Shown here: piece by piece, positions 9,560 through 20,352 of the stretch
Layout: each line of letters begins with the position of its first letter
Position numbering within the stretch: the first letter of the stretch is position 1
Source of the DNA: Bacillota bacterium
GTDB lineage: Bacteria; Bacillota; DTU025
Direction: 5' to 3'
Length of the DNA: 64,000 nt
Assembly (NCBI GenBank): GCA_050951805.1
Contig: JBMNJT010000002.1
Location: 1,120,001-1,184,000, forward strand
Translations under genes and position numbers: made by a program
The notes under the pieces: model-generated
What the model was told of the DNA's origin: nothing
Seen by the model: only the letters and a program-made list of their open reading frames with translations
Databases searched by the model: none

Positions 9560-10666
9560 ATGTTAAACGACCGCGGAGGGCTTCCTGATCTTGTCATCTT
9601 CGTCGCAACGCTGGCTTTGCTCAGCATTGGGATTGTGATGGTCTTCAGCGCGAGCTCGGTAACGGCCTATCACGAGCTTGGAGACCCCTATTATTATCTG
9701 AAGCGCCAATCCCTCTGGGCGATAATCGGAATTGCAGCAATGATTATGTGTATGAACATAGATTACCATGTATGGGAGAGGCTTGCAGGCCTTCTTATGG
9801 TTCTTTCACTGGGAGCGCTTGTCCTCGTTCTGGTGCCCGGGGTTGGCATTGTCGTGTCAGGGTCTCGAAGATGGTTGGGAGTCGAGTCCATTCGGGTGCA
9901 GCCTTCCGAATTCGCAAAGCTGTCACTGGTCGTGTTCCTGGCGTCGTATCTTTCGGCTTCCCAGGCTAGAACGAAGAGCTTCTTTCGGGGTTTCTTGCTG
10001 CCGATGATGATTATCGGGGCTTGCTCTGTTCTTGTTCTGAAAGAACCGGACCTTGGCACAGCGATTGGAATCGCGGGAGTGGGATGGTTCATGCTCTTTG
10101 CCGGGGGATCGAACATGGCATCGCTGATCGCCACCGTAGCCGCGGCGATTCCCGCCGTATATCTTTTTGCAAGGCAGGACCCTGTAAGGCTCAGGAGACT
10201 GACTTCGTTTCTTGATCCGTGGGCCGACCCTCTTGATTCCGGATTCCACATAATCCAGTCTCTTCTCGCACTGGGCTCCGGAGGGCTTGTCGGCGTTGGA
10301 CTGGGGCTGTCGAGGCAGAAGTTTCATTACCTTCCCGAGCAACACACCGACTTCATCTTCGCCGTCATCGGAGAAGAATTGGGGTTTTTAGGGGCAGCTT
10401 CCGTTGTTCTCCTTTACATGATATTTGGCCTTCGGGGTTTTCGAACATCGCTCAATGCCCCTGACTCGTTTGGGTCGCTTCTTGCTGCTGGCATTACAAT
10501 AATGGTCACTTTGCAGGCTATGATGAATATCGCCGTGGTTTCCGGAATGATGCCTATTACCGGAATCACGTTGCCGCTGATAAGTTCGGGTGGCTCGTCG
10601 CTCGTGCCGATGTTGGCGGGCATAGGAATACTGCTCAATGTATCGAAGCATGTCAACCAGAGATAG
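9560..10666 (+). CDS. spoVE: SEDS peptidoglycan polymerase SpoVE/FtsW
   Basis: GSRRW, QPSEFAK, PEQHTDFIF..IGEELG, GITLPLISSGGSS. Confidence 0.88.
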   Translation: MLNDRGGLPDLVIFVATLALLSIGIVMVFSASSVTAYHELGDPYYYLKRQSLWAIIGIAAMIMCMNIDYHVWERLAGLLMVLSLGALVLVLVPGVGIVVSGSRRWLGVESIRVQPSEFAKLSLVVFLASYLSASQARTKSFFRGFLLPMMIIGACSVLVLKEPDLGTAIGIAGVGWFMLFAGGSNMASLIATVAAAIPAVYLFARQDPVRLRRLTSFLDPWADPLDSGFHIIQSLLALGSGGLVGVGLGLSRQKFHYLPEQHTDFIFAVIGEELGFLGAASVVLLYMIFGLRGFRTSLNAPDSFGSLLAAGITIMVTLQAMMNIAVVSGMMPITGITLPLISSGGSSLVPMLAGIGILLNVSKHVNQR

Positions 10667-10699
10667 GGTAGGGTTCTCTAGATCGGGGGAGGTAGCTCG

Positions 10700-11860
10700 T
10701 TGAAGAGTGAGAAATCGGCGCAGAAGAGATTCTTGTTGGCGGGAGGCGGCACGGGGGGCCATATATACCCCGCCATCTCCATAGCCAGGGAGTTGCTTTC
10801 GCGATATCCTGATGCCAATATTCTGTTTGTAGGGGGAAAGCGCGGCCTGGAAGGGGATCTCGTTCCCAAGGCGGGTTTCGAGTTCCAGACGATCACCGTT
10901 TCGGGATTCGAAAGAAGGCTCTCACTCGACACTTTCGCTACCGCAGGACGCGCGGTAGCAGGCCTTTTCCAATCCATAGCTATCGTGAGGAAATTCAGGC
11001 CCAGCGTTGCAGTGGGGACAGGGGGATACGTTTCCGGCCCGGTGATGCTTGCGGCGGCGATGCTAGGGGTGCCTGTTGTTATACATGAGCAGAATGTGGT
11101 TCCGGGTGCTACCAACCGCTTGCTTTCACGATGGGCGAAGACAGTGGCCGTGAGCTGGGAAGAGTCGAAACAGTATCTAGCTCGGCCCGAACGTTCAGTC
11201 CTTACCGGGAACCCGATTCGTCCGGAAATAATGTCGGCGCAACGAGAGGAGTCGGCGGCATCGTTTGGGCTGGATCCGAGGCGTCCAATTGTGTTGGCGT
11301 TTGGCGGGAGCCAAGGCGCCAGGAGGGTAAATACAGCTTTTATCCGAGCTCTTCCGTCGCTATCGGGGAAGCACGACGCACAATTCATACTGGCTACAGG
11401 GAGCGATAAATTCGAGGAATCTATGGCGCTTGCGGCTGAATCAGGCATTAGGGCAAGTATTTCCTCTGACGGAATAGGCAGGTCGGATCGTGGGGACATT
11501 ATTATTATGCCATACATTTACAATATGCCCCAGGCCCTTGCCTGCGCCGACCTGGCGATTTGCCGGGCAGGGGCGATCACCCTTGCTGAACTTGCTGCAC
11601 GGGGCGTGGCTGCAGTGCTCGTCCCTCATCCACACGTCCCCGACAATGTGCAGGAGAAAAATGCCCGCGCCATGGAAGCCAGGGGTGCTGCCAGAGTGAT
11701 ACTCGACAGCGAGCTTGAACCGGAGGTTCTGGGACGTGAAATAGACTCGCTCTTGTCGTCAAGGCCTGTACTGGCCAGCATGTCCAGGGCTTCGCGGAAT
11801 CTGGGAAGACCCGATGCTGCTGCGAGGGTGGCAGATTGTGTGGTAAAGGCGGCGCGATAG
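10700..11860 (+). CDS. murG: Lipid II GlcNAc transferase
   Basis: GGGTGGHIYP, GTGGYVS, HEQN, GGSQGA, RAGAITLAE. Confidence 0.96.
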   Translation: MKSEKSAQKRFLLAGGGTGGHIYPAISIARELLSRYPDANILFVGGKRGLEGDLVPKAGFEFQTITVSGFERRLSLDTFATAGRAVAGLFQSIAIVRKFRPSVAVGTGGYVSGPVMLAAAMLGVPVVIHEQNVVPGATNRLLSRWAKTVAVSWEESKQYLARPERSVLTGNPIRPEIMSAQREESAASFGLDPRRPIVLAFGGSQGARRVNTAFIRALPSLSGKHDAQFILATGSDKFEESMALAAESGIRASISSDGIGRSDRGDIIIMPYIYNMPQALACADLAICRAGAITLAELAARGVAAVLVPHPHVPDNVQEKNARAMEARGAARVILDSELEPEVLGREIDSLLSSRPVLASMSRASRNLGRPDAAARVADCVVKAAR

Positions 11861-12048
11861 ACGGCACATTACGATAAGATCAAACCTTGAATGTGATTTG
11901 TCCGGAGGCATCGTGGTCGACTCATTCAGCATCTGGGCGCGCCGCAGCAAGATGCATTCTATGGGCAGGACATGCTCTCCGAAGGGGCAGAAGGCATACA
12001 ATAGCATCGTCCGCGGGAGCGTGGCGTGTCGGGAAAGGTGCGGGTCAT

Positions 12049-13485
12049 ATGAGTTCAATGCGCGTTCATTTCGTAGGAATAGGCGGCAGTGGCATGAGTC
12101 CGCTTGCCAGAATACTCATTGGCCATGGGGCCGAGGTGAGTGGGTCGGATATACGCTACTCTCCTCATCTCGAGGATCTGGCGGCTCTTGGCGCTGATGT
12201 ATATCAGGGTCATGATCCATCACGGATCGACGGGGTCGACTTGGTTGTAGCGTCGGCTGCAGTGCCTCAGGATGATCCGGAACTTCAAGCTGCGCACGAG
12301 CGTGGAATAAGGGTTGTTTCGAGAGCAGAACTCTTGGGCGAAATCATGAGGCCTCGACGGGGAATAGCCGTAACAGGAACACACGGAAAGACTACGACAA
12401 GCGGGATGATAGCGCATATTCTCAACGAAGCAGGCCTCGATCCCACGGTGGCAGTAGGAGCCGGTCTGCCATGGACTCCGAGCGGAGGCCATGCAGGCGA
12501 GGGGGAGTTCATGGTAGTCGAGGCGGATGAGGCGTATGGATCCTTCCTAAAACTCGATCCGGAAATCGCTGTTGTAACCAACATCGATGATGATCATCGG
12601 GATTACTACGAAACATTTGAAGGAATAATGGAGGGTTTTACCCAATTTCTCCGAAGAATTAAGCCTGGGGGAATTGCGGTTCTGTGCGCTGACGACCACA
12701 ACGTGTTGAGGGCCGCCGAGGGACTTGACCGGCGAATCATCTACTATGGTATCTCTTCCGAGGCCGATTACACTTCGGCCGACTATTCGCAGTTCGGCTT
12801 CGGATCGCGTTTTTCTGTTATGCGCCGCGGAGCATGCCTCGGGCAGATTGAGCTTTCCGTCCCGGGAATGCATAACATGAGTAATGCCGTAGCTGCCGTT
12901 GCCGTCTGCGATCAGCTGGGAATAGATTTTTCGATCATAAGCAGGGGGCTTGCCGGTTACATGGGTGCTGAGCGCAGATGCCAGGTGCTGGCCAAAACGC
13001 CGGAGATGACATTGGTGGACGATTATGCGCACCATCCTGTGGAAATCAGGGCAACTCTGGCCGCTCTGCGGAAGGCAGCCGAGGGACGGCTTGTGGTCGT
13101 ATTTCAACCGCAACGCTACACAAGAACGAAGTATCTTCGCGACGAGTTTGCCCGGTCGTTCAGTCTTGCCGATGTCATAGCCATTACCGATATCTACTAT
13201 GAGGGCACAGGTGAGTCGCCTATACCGGGAGTTTCCGGGAGAGACCTTGCAGAGAGGATTGCGGCGTATGAGGGAAAGCCTGTGACCTATCTTGCCGACA
13301 GGGCTGCTCTGGATGACTTTCTCAGAAATTCGACTGGCCCTGGCGACACAGTTGTTACCATGGGAGCGGGCGACATCTACAGATCGTCACGGCGCTTCGC
13401 CGAGGAGCTGGCTCGTCCTGAGGCTGGCTTTAGGCTATCGCATGATGGGCGGTGGAAACTCGATGACGAGCATGGTCACCGATGA
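12049..13485 (+). CDS. murC: UDP-MurNAc:L-alanine ligase
   Basis: HFVGIGGSGMS, GTHGKTTT, EADE, DDYAHHP; start placed at ATG 12049 after GAAAGGTG RBS. Confidence 0.95.
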   Translation: MSSMRVHFVGIGGSGMSPLARILIGHGAEVSGSDIRYSPHLEDLAALGADVYQGHDPSRIDGVDLVVASAAVPQDDPELQAAHERGIRVVSRAELLGEIMRPRRGIAVTGTHGKTTTSGMIAHILNEAGLDPTVAVGAGLPWTPSGGHAGEGEFMVVEADEAYGSFLKLDPEIAVVTNIDDDHRDYYETFEGIMEGFTQFLRRIKPGGIAVLCADDHNVLRAAEGLDRRIIYYGISSEADYTSADYSQFGFGSRFSVMRRGACLGQIELSVPGMHNMSNAVAAVAVCDQLGIDFSIISRGLAGYMGAERRCQVLAKTPEMTLVDDYAHHPVEIRATLAALRKAAEGRLVVVFQPQRYTRTKYLRDEFARSFSLADVIAITDIYYEGTGESPIPGVSGRDLAERIAAYEGKPVTYLADRAALDDFLRNSTGPGDTVVTMGAGDIYRSSRRFAEELARPEAGFRLSHDGRWKLDDEHGHR

Positions 13486-14380
13486 ACAAGCAAGGCAGCT
13501 TGCCAAGTCGTTCAACGGGAGAATTGCGCTGAACGAGCCAATGAAGAAATATACGTCGTTTCAGATCGGTGGCCCAGCCGATATGCTTGTGCAGCCTCGC
13601 GATCTGCAGAGCCTGTCTGCGGTATTGCGATGGGCCTGGAACGAGGGATTGCCCCTTTTTGTTCTGGGCAATGGTACGAACCTTCTAGTTGCGGACGAAG
13701 GAATTCGGGGCGTAGTAGTGAGGATAGGTCCGGGCCTCGACAGCGTCAGTTTTGACGGCGAACGGGTTCGCGCAATGGCAGGCGTCAGCATGCCGGCTTT
13801 GGCCCGTGCCTGCGCCGAGCGGGGCCTTGCCGGGCTGGAATGGGCAGTGGGAATACCGGGTTCACTCGGCGGGGCAATGGCAATGAATGCTGGCGCGTAC
13901 AGTCACACTGTGGGAGACTTTACTCGCGAAGTGACCACCATGTTGCTTGATGGGTCAATTTCAGTGAAGTCATGCGAGGAGATGCAGTTTGCCCAGAGGT
14001 CGAGTCGGCTTTCCCACGGAGATCTCATCGCCTGCGAGGCCGTGCTCGTGTTGGAACCGGGCGATCCGGAAAGCATACGTTGCCAGATGAGCGAATACAT
14101 GGAGGATCGCAGAATAAAGCAGCCTCTGCACCTTCCGAGCGCCGGGTGTGTATTCCAGAATCCTTCGGGGAGAGGGGCCGGTCGGTACATCGATGGAGCG
14201 GGTCTCAAAGGGCTTCGCGTAGGCGGGGCAGAGATATCCCGAGTTCACGCAAACTTCATAGTGAACGTGGGCGATGCGACTGCGCGGGACGTGTTGATAC
14301 TGATGAATGTGGCGAGGCGGACCGTTTATGAGAAATTCGGAGTCGAACTTGTTCCTGAGATCAGAGTAGTCGGTGGTTAG
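13463..14380 (+). CDS. murB: UDP-N-acetylenolpyruvoylglucosamine reductase
   Basis: TSFQIGGPA, LGNGTNLL, GIPGSLGGA..MNAGA, SAGCVFQNP, HANFIVN. Confidence 0.95.
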   Translation: MTSMVTDEQARQLAKSFNGRIALNEPMKKYTSFQIGGPADMLVQPRDLQSLSAVLRWAWNEGLPLFVLGNGTNLLVADEGIRGVVVRIGPGLDSVSFDGERVRAMAGVSMPALARACAERGLAGLEWAVGIPGSLGGAMAMNAGAYSHTVGDFTREVTTMLLDGSISVKSCEEMQFAQRSSRLSHGDLIACEAVLVLEPGDPESIRCQMSEYMEDRRIKQPLHLPSAGCVFQNPSGRGAGRYIDGAGLKGLRVGGAEISRVHANFIVNVGDATARDVLILMNVARRTVYEKFGVELVPEIRVVGG

Positions 14381-14412
14381 GCCTGGTGTCGTTATAGATT
14401 AAGACGCGCGAG

Positions 14413-15705
14413 GTGGCTGAGATGGAGACTTTGAGGATAGTCGGCGGGCGTGAACTGAGAGGCAGCATAGCGACGCCGGGCGCAAAGAACTCCTGCCTGA
14501 AACTGCTTGCCATGTCCATAATGGCGTCTGAGAAATGCGTGATTTCTAACGTGCCTCGGGTTACTGATGTAGAGACAATGTGTCAGCTCCTCGAGGCTTT
14601 GGGCGCTAGAGTCTCCTTTACAGGCCGCACAGAGGTAACAGTCGATCCGACGACAATCGCGTCGGCGGCCCCCCCGGATCCGTTGGTGAGGAAGATGCGC
14701 GCATCCGTACAGGTGTTGGGTCCCCTTCTTGCCAGGTTCGGAGAGGTGAAGATGCCATACCCGGGCGGTTGTGCCATCGGCTCCCGACCAATAGATCTGC
14801 ACCTTCGCGGCCTTTCTGCCATGGGCGCCCAGGTTTCGGAGGAGCATGGGTACATAATGGTCAGAGCGTCCCGACTTGTGGGGACTGATATACATCTCGA
14901 TTTTCCCAGCGTGGGCGCGACTGAGAATCTAATGGCGGCAGCGTGTCTGGCGTCTGGAACAACGATAATCAGGAATGCGGCGCGGGAGCCGGAGATCGTA
15001 GACGAGCAGAACTTCCTGACTCGGCTAGGGGCGGATATCAGGGGAGCGGGAACTGACACTATAAAGATTGTGGGCGTATCAGAACTGGGTTCAACCAATT
15101 ATTCCGTAATGCCCGACAGGATACAGGCCGGAACATACATGATTGCCGCGGCGGCCACGCGGGGTGATGTGACTATCACAGGCGTGGTTCCCGAACACCT
15201 GGACGCGCTGGCCGCCAAATTGGCGGAAACCGGCGTAGCCGTGATATATACCGAAGACTGCGTTCGGGTTGCTATGGGCGACAGGCCAGGGCCTATTGCC
15301 GTCAAGAGCATGCCATATCCTGGATTTCCCACAGACCTTCAGGCTCCGATCGCGGCGTATCTAACTGTGTCAAGAGGCACATCTACTATAACTGAGAACA
15401 TATTCAGCAATAGATTCAGATATGTGGACGAACTTGCGAGGATGGGAGCGCATATAGGCGTAGACGGTCGAACGGCGATAATCCGAGGAGTAAACGAACT
15501 CACCGGAGCGCGGGTTGTGGCCCCAGATTTGCGGGCTGGAGCTGCGCTGATCATAGCCGGATTGATGGCCAGGGGAAAGACGACATTGGATGGCATGGAA
15601 CATGTATGTCGAGGCTATGATGATATCCAAGGGAAGCTTGCGGCTTGCGGCGCTGAAGTGGAGATAGTAACGGATTCTGCCAGTGCGGCTGTGGCCGAGC
15701 AATGA
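14413..15705 (+). CDS. murA: UDP-GlcNAc 1-carboxyvinyltransferase
   Basis: GAKNS, PGGCAIGSRPIDLH, SVGATEN, PYPGFPTDLQ, DLRAGA. Confidence 0.96.
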   Translation: MAEMETLRIVGGRELRGSIATPGAKNSCLKLLAMSIMASEKCVISNVPRVTDVETMCQLLEALGARVSFTGRTEVTVDPTTIASAAPPDPLVRKMRASVQVLGPLLARFGEVKMPYPGGCAIGSRPIDLHLRGLSAMGAQVSEEHGYIMVRASRLVGTDIHLDFPSVGATENLMAAACLASGTTIIRNAAREPEIVDEQNFLTRLGADIRGAGTDTIKIVGVSELGSTNYSVMPDRIQAGTYMIAAAATRGDVTITGVVPEHLDALAAKLAETGVAVIYTEDCVRVAMGDRPGPIAVKSMPYPGFPTDLQAPIAAYLTVSRGTSTITENIFSNRFRYVDELARMGAHIGVDGRTAIIRGVNELTGARVVAPDLRAGAALIIAGLMARGKTTLDGMEHVCRGYDDIQGKLAACGAEVEIVTDSASAAVAEQ

Positions 15706-15741
15706 ATTTTCTTTGGGTGATTCTTTGCGCTGGTGACATCG

Positions 15742-15750
15742 TGTTATAAT
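15742..15750 (+). promoter_or_regulatory. Putative extended -10 sigma-A promoter element for ftsQ
   Basis: TGTTATAAT (TGnTATAAT) in the murA-ftsQ gap. Confidence 0.5.
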
Positions 15751-15786
15751 GGGGTCAGGCTGGTTGCTGCCAGGGGGGTGGAAGCG

Positions 15787-16557
15787 TTGCCTGACTCTTC
15801 TGATATGTCTGATATGCCTGGCTTGGAGGAGGAGCCGCACGCCGAGTCCCGGCCGGCCATATCATTTCCCGCAGTTGTGCTGCTGTTTCTGGTTCTGGCA
15901 ACCGTAGCTTTTCTAAACTCCCCGTATTTTCTGGTGAGGGCAGTTAGAGTGTCGGGCTCAAACTATCTGTCGGATTACGAGATCCTTCTCATTGCAGGTG
16001 TTCCAGAGAATACCAACATGTTTTTGGTGCCGACAGGTGAGATCGAAAGAAAACTTTTGGCCACGCCTAGGATACGTACGGCAAAAGTGTACAGGATCCT
16101 TCCTGATACTATCAGCATTGCCATAGAGGAACGCAGCACTGCCGGGTATCTCCCATACGGAGGTTATTTTATAGACGTCGATGAAGAAGGGTATGCAATC
16201 GGCATATCTGAGGCGATCACCGATCCTGATGTGCCTCTCATCGTTGGAGTTACTCCGACTTGGGTTGAGGTAGGGCAGCCGGTGAACCCCAAATACGAGG
16301 TGTCTGTGGGTGCCAGAGTAGGCGCCGCCTTGCTCAAACAGGGGATTCCCAACATATCCGAGGTAGACGTCTCTTTGTGTGAAGACATAATAATCAGAAC
16401 ATCAGACGGAATCAAGGTATTCATTGGCGGCGCCCGGGACATGGAATCACAGGTGCGGGTTCTCGATTCGATCTTGGCTTCAGTTAGAGAACAGGAAATG
16501 TCGGCAGATTACATAGATTTGCGAGTTGAAGCGAAACCGGTGATCCGATCGAGATAA
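15787..16557 (+). CDS. ftsQ: Cell division protein FtsQ/DivIB
   Basis: TM helix, then SPYFLVRAVRVSGS POTRA domain, PDTISIAIEER, C-terminal YIDLR; TTG start after GGGGGGTG (start uncertain). Confidence 0.85.
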   Translation: MPDSSDMSDMPGLEEEPHAESRPAISFPAVVLLFLVLATVAFLNSPYFLVRAVRVSGSNYLSDYEILLIAGVPENTNMFLVPTGEIERKLLATPRIRTAKVYRILPDTISIAIEERSTAGYLPYGGYFIDVDEEGYAIGISEAITDPDVPLIVGVTPTWVEVGQPVNPKYEVSVGARVGAALLKQGIPNISEVDVSLCEDIIIRTSDGIKVFIGGARDMESQVRVLDSILASVREQEMSADYIDLRVEAKPVIRSR

Positions 16558-16705
16558 GCGATCGGAGTATGCGTTTGGGACTGGCGTCTTCTTTGCTAAC
16601 GTCAGGAGATCGACTGAGGGGGGTTGTGGCTCTTCCAAATCTCCCGCTATGATAGAGGGTAAGTGGGTACGATTCTAGAATCATGCACCAAAGCGAGAGG
16701 GTCAG

Positions 16706-17947
16706 GTGGAGTCGGCGGGGGGAACTGTATTGGGCAAAAACGATATCAAAGTAGGGCTTGACATTGGCTCGAACCAGATACACGTGGTCGTCTGTGAAAG
16801 AGATGAAGACTACAACTTGAACATTATCGGAGTAGGCAGTGGTCCGTCTGCAGGACTGCGCCGCGGAGTCATAGTTGACATGGATTCGGCGGCTGCCGCC
16901 ATTGCTGATGCCGTGGCACATGCTGAAGAAATGTCAGGGTGCGCGGCTGTTTCAGTGCTGGCGAGCGCATCAGGCACGCATGTCTCTTCTATTGCGAGCA
17001 GAGGAGTAGTAGCTATCGGTAGGTCTGATCGGGAGGTAACCCAGGAGGATGTCGATAGCGTGTTGGAGGCTGCCCGTGTCGTTGCGATTCCGCCAGACAG
17101 AGAAGTGGTGCACGTCCTGCCAAGGGAATTCGTGATAGACGGATGCTCGGGAATACGCAAGCCTGTGGGGATGACGGGAATAAGGTTGGAGGTCGACGCC
17201 AGCATTATCACTGGGTCGGCTACTGCGATACAGAACATTCACAGGAGCGCGAGGCGGATTGGACTGGAAGTTGAACATGTCATACTTCAACCGATAGCCG
17301 CTGCCGAGGCGGTTCTGACGCTGTCTGAGAAGGAACAGGGCGCCCTGGTGATCGATATGGGAGGGGCGACCACCGATATCGCAGTCTGCATTGAGGGTGG
17401 CGTGCATCATGTTGCATCTATTCCTGTGGGGGGTAACCACGTCACTAACGACATTGCGTTGGTTATGAGATTGCCCGTGGGCTATTCAGAGGGATTGAAG
17501 CTGAACTACGGGTCGGCCCTTCCCGATATGGTTGGCGAAAACGAATCATGCGGAGCGGACACGAACATATCCAGGAAGAAGCTTTGTCAGATTATTGAGG
17601 CGAGAATTACCGAAACTATGGAGCTTGTCGGAGATGAACTGGATCGCGCGAGATACAGGGATCTGCTGCCAGCGGGTGTAGTCGTGACAGGCGGCGCTTC
17701 TGTGATGCAGGGTGTTGTCGAGGTTGCCCAGGAGGTTCTGGGGCTTCCTGCGCGCCTCGGAGTTCCTGTAGGGGTATATGGAGCTGAGGAAGCGTTGGAC
17801 AACCCTCAATACGCTACTGCGGTGGGGTTAGTCAAATCTGTTTGGAGTGAATCTGCGGTGATTCCCTCTGCAGACGGCCGGCGGCCAAAGTCTGGAGGTT
17901 TCGCTAGCGAAGTGCGACAATGGTTTCGAGATATATTTTCCTCGTGA
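16706..17947 (+). CDS. ftsA: Cell division protein FtsA
   Basis: GLDIGS, GLRRGVIVD, IDMGGATT, GGNHVTNDIA, YATAVGL; true start may be TTG 16730. Confidence 0.95.
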   Translation: MESAGGTVLGKNDIKVGLDIGSNQIHVVVCERDEDYNLNIIGVGSGPSAGLRRGVIVDMDSAAAAIADAVAHAEEMSGCAAVSVLASASGTHVSSIASRGVVAIGRSDREVTQEDVDSVLEAARVVAIPPDREVVHVLPREFVIDGCSGIRKPVGMTGIRLEVDASIITGSATAIQNIHRSARRIGLEVEHVILQPIAAAEAVLTLSEKEQGALVIDMGGATTDIAVCIEGGVHHVASIPVGGNHVTNDIALVMRLPVGYSEGLKLNYGSALPDMVGENESCGADTNISRKKLCQIIEARITETMELVGDELDRARYRDLLPAGVVVTGGASVMQGVVEVAQEVLGLPARLGVPVGVYGAEEALDNPQYATAVGLVKSVWSESAVIPSADGRRPKSGGFASEVRQWFRDIFSS

Positions 17948-17971
17948 GGCGAGCGGCAAGGGGGATGCGAG

Positions 17972-19030
17972 GTGTTTGAACTAGAGCTTGAGGTTGACCA
18001 GTTGGCCAACATCAAAGTGGTTGGGGTTGGCGGGGGCGGGAGTAACGCCATCAACAGGATGATAAGTGCAGGATTAAAAGGTGTCGAATTCGTGGCCTTA
18101 AATACTGATGCCCAGGCCCTGCGCATGTCTAATGCGCCCCGGAAGATCCAGATAGGCGAAAAGCTTACAAAAGGGCTTGGAGCCGGCGCTAATCCCGAGA
18201 TTGGTAAGAAGGCGGCTGAAGAGAGCCGGGATTTGCTTGCAGAAACGCTGGATGGCGCAGACATGGTGTTCATCACGTGTGGAATGGGCGGGGGCACAGG
18301 TACCGGAGCTGCCCCGGTGATTGCCGAGATCGCTAAGGAACAAGGCGCTCTCACAGTGGGCGTTGTAACAAAACCGTTTTCATTTGAGGGCAGGCGACGA
18401 ATGGCGCAGGCGGACCACGGAACGGAAGAGCTGAAGGATAAGGTCGATACCCTTATTGTCATACCCAATGATAGGTTGTTGCAGGTTGCAGAGAGCCAGA
18501 CATCGATGCTCGATGCGTTCAGGATTGCGGACGACGTGCTACGCCAAGGAGTGCAGGGGATTTCAGACCTTATAACCGTTCCGGGACTGATAAACCTCGA
18601 TTTTGCGGACGTAAGGACTATCATGACTGACGCGGGTTCTGCATTGATGGGGATAGGCATTGCAAGCGGAGAAAACCGCGCTGCAGAAGCCGCTCGCTCC
18701 GCTACGGCCAGCCCGCTTTTGGAGGCTTCCATAAACGGGGCGAAGGGCGTTCTCATGAACATTACTGGGTCTTCAAATATGGGCTTATTTGAGGTGAACG
18801 AGGCAGCAGAGATAGTTTCGGAGGCTGCCGACCCGGATGCGCTTGTCATCTTTGGCGCAGTCATTGATGATTCAATGGGAGACGAGCTTAAGGTGACCGT
18901 TATCGCTACTGGATTCGATGTTCAACAGGCGGAGCAGCCTCTGAAGGCCAGGACTGATAGAGTCCAGATCAAGCCTCTCGCTGGAAGCGACGATCTGGAT
19001 ATTCCTCCGTTCCTGAGACGGGCAAGGTAG
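17972..19030 (+). CDS. ftsZ: Cell division protein FtsZ
   Basis: [24 protein letters not shown]-terminal DIPPFLRR. Confidence 0.99.
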   Translation: MFELELEVDQLANIKVVGVGGGGSNAINRMISAGLKGVEFVALNTDAQALRMSNAPRKIQIGEKLTKGLGAGANPEIGKKAAEESRDLLAETLDGADMVFITCGMGGGTGTGAAPVIAEIAKEQGALTVGVVTKPFSFEGRRRMAQADHGTEELKDKVDTLIVIPNDRLLQVAESQTSMLDAFRIADDVLRQGVQGISDLITVPGLINLDFADVRTIMTDAGSALMGIGIASGENRAAEAARSATASPLLEASINGAKGVLMNITGSSNMGLFEVNEAAEIVSEAADPDALVIFGAVIDDSMGDELKVTVIATGFDVQQAEQPLKARTDRVQIKPLAGSDDLDIPPFLRRAR

Positions 19031-19065
19031 AACCGGAGCAGATTGAAATGAGGAGAGTTCGTGTA

Positions 19066-19103
19066 GCGGGGCGCTGATTTGCCAGGAGGCAGGGGCGCCC
19101 CGC
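19066..19103 (+). terminator. GC-rich hairpin after ftsZ (possible terminator or 3' stabiliser)
   Basis: GCGGGGCGC...GCGCCCCGC inverted repeat; weak U tract. Confidence 0.4.
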
Positions 19104-19449
19104 GTTCAGCTGTACAGGAGCCGGGAGCGGACGGGCCTCCGAAGCCGTGCCAATTTGCGTTTGGCTATAGGGCTTGGCTTCAAGTAGAGGCCTAGCTGTA
19201 TGATCATTTCAGACGAATTGAACAAGATGTCCAACTGCCCTGCCTGCAGCTTGTTCAGTGCATGGTGGGCAAGGCAGTTTTGCGTAATACCGGAATCATT
19301 CGTTTGTCCTGTCGGCGCAACCCGACACGGTTCGACGGAGCGCAGTGTTACACTTCAACACACAGAGCCTTCCTTGACTCCTACATTCACATTGTGAGAA
19401 GAATCCGGGGATCAACTGCATACAATCATACAATGAGGGGGCGTAGAGT

Positions 19450-20337
19450 ATGATCCGCATATACCTGGATTCTTTGCTCCTTCTTGCGGGAGGAACATTT
19501 GTTCTGGATTTCCTGACTTTATGGGCAGTAGGGCAGATAAGCAGGCGTTCAACACGCGCTTCAAAACTGATGCGAGCTTCCGTACTATCTGCTTCATCAT
19601 TTGTGGCCATTGTGATTCTCTCCGATCTCGGGATCATAATCCTGTCATCGCTCATGTCACTGACCGTTGCACTCTTGGCCGCTGGCGCATCATTGGTCAT
19701 TGCCTTTCCTGGAATGGACGCGCGCGAGCTCATCGTCGCCCTCTTCTACCGATACCTCCTCACCGTTATGGCAGGTGGTGCGGCTACGGCGGCTTATTCC
19801 GCTGCTGGCGGCAGCAGACCGTTGTCTTTCATTGCATCCGTTGCCACGGTGATGTTAGTGGCCGAAGCGGGATGGGGGGCAGTCCATCGCGGAATGCGGG
19901 AGGGCTTGTTTTACGTGCCTATCTCGATAAGGTTCGACCGGTATTCAGTCTCGCTAACAGCTCTTATAGACACCGGGAATCTTCTGAGAGATCCAATATC
20001 GGGTGTTCCGGCAATAATCGTGGAATACTCCGCTATTGAGCCTATCCTGCCTCATACAATCAAGGCTATGTTGGAGATTAGCGACGGCGATTGTGCGGCG
20101 GCAGCTGCCGCAATTGCGGAGTCTCCATGGTCAACACGTTTCAGGGCAGTGCCTTACTCTTCTGTGGGGCAGACCAGAGGGCTTATGGTTGGGTTTCGGC
20201 CGAGTGAAGTTAGGGTGCTAGACGGAAAGAAGGAGATTTCGACAGATAGGGCCATTATCTGCGTGCATAACGCTAGCTTGTGTTCTAACGGAAAATACCG
20301 CGCGCTGCTCAACCCCGAGATCCTCACCGCGGGTTGA
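19450..20337 (+). CDS. spoIIGA: Pro-sigma-E processing aspartic peptidase
   Basis: IYLD N-terminus, multiple TM helices, ALIDTGNLLRDP catalytic motif, VPYSSVG; precedes sigE. Confidence 0.92.
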   Translation: MIRIYLDSLLLLAGGTFVLDFLTLWAVGQISRRSTRASKLMRASVLSASSFVAIVILSDLGIIILSSLMSLTVALLAAGASLVIAFPGMDARELIVALFYRYLLTVMAGGAATAAYSAAGGSRPLSFIASVATVMLVAEAGWGAVHRGMREGLFYVPISIRFDRYSVSLTALIDTGNLLRDPISGVPAIIVEYSAIEPILPHTIKAMLEISDGDCAAAAAAIAESPWSTRFRAVPYSSVGQTRGLMVGFRPSEVRVLDGKKEISTDRAIICVHNASLCSNGKYRALLNPEILTAG

Positions 20338-20352
20338 GCGCTCCTGGGAGGC

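Noticed and set aside
17806-18864. 352-aa minus-strand ORF
   Set aside because: In-register antisense shadow of ftsZ
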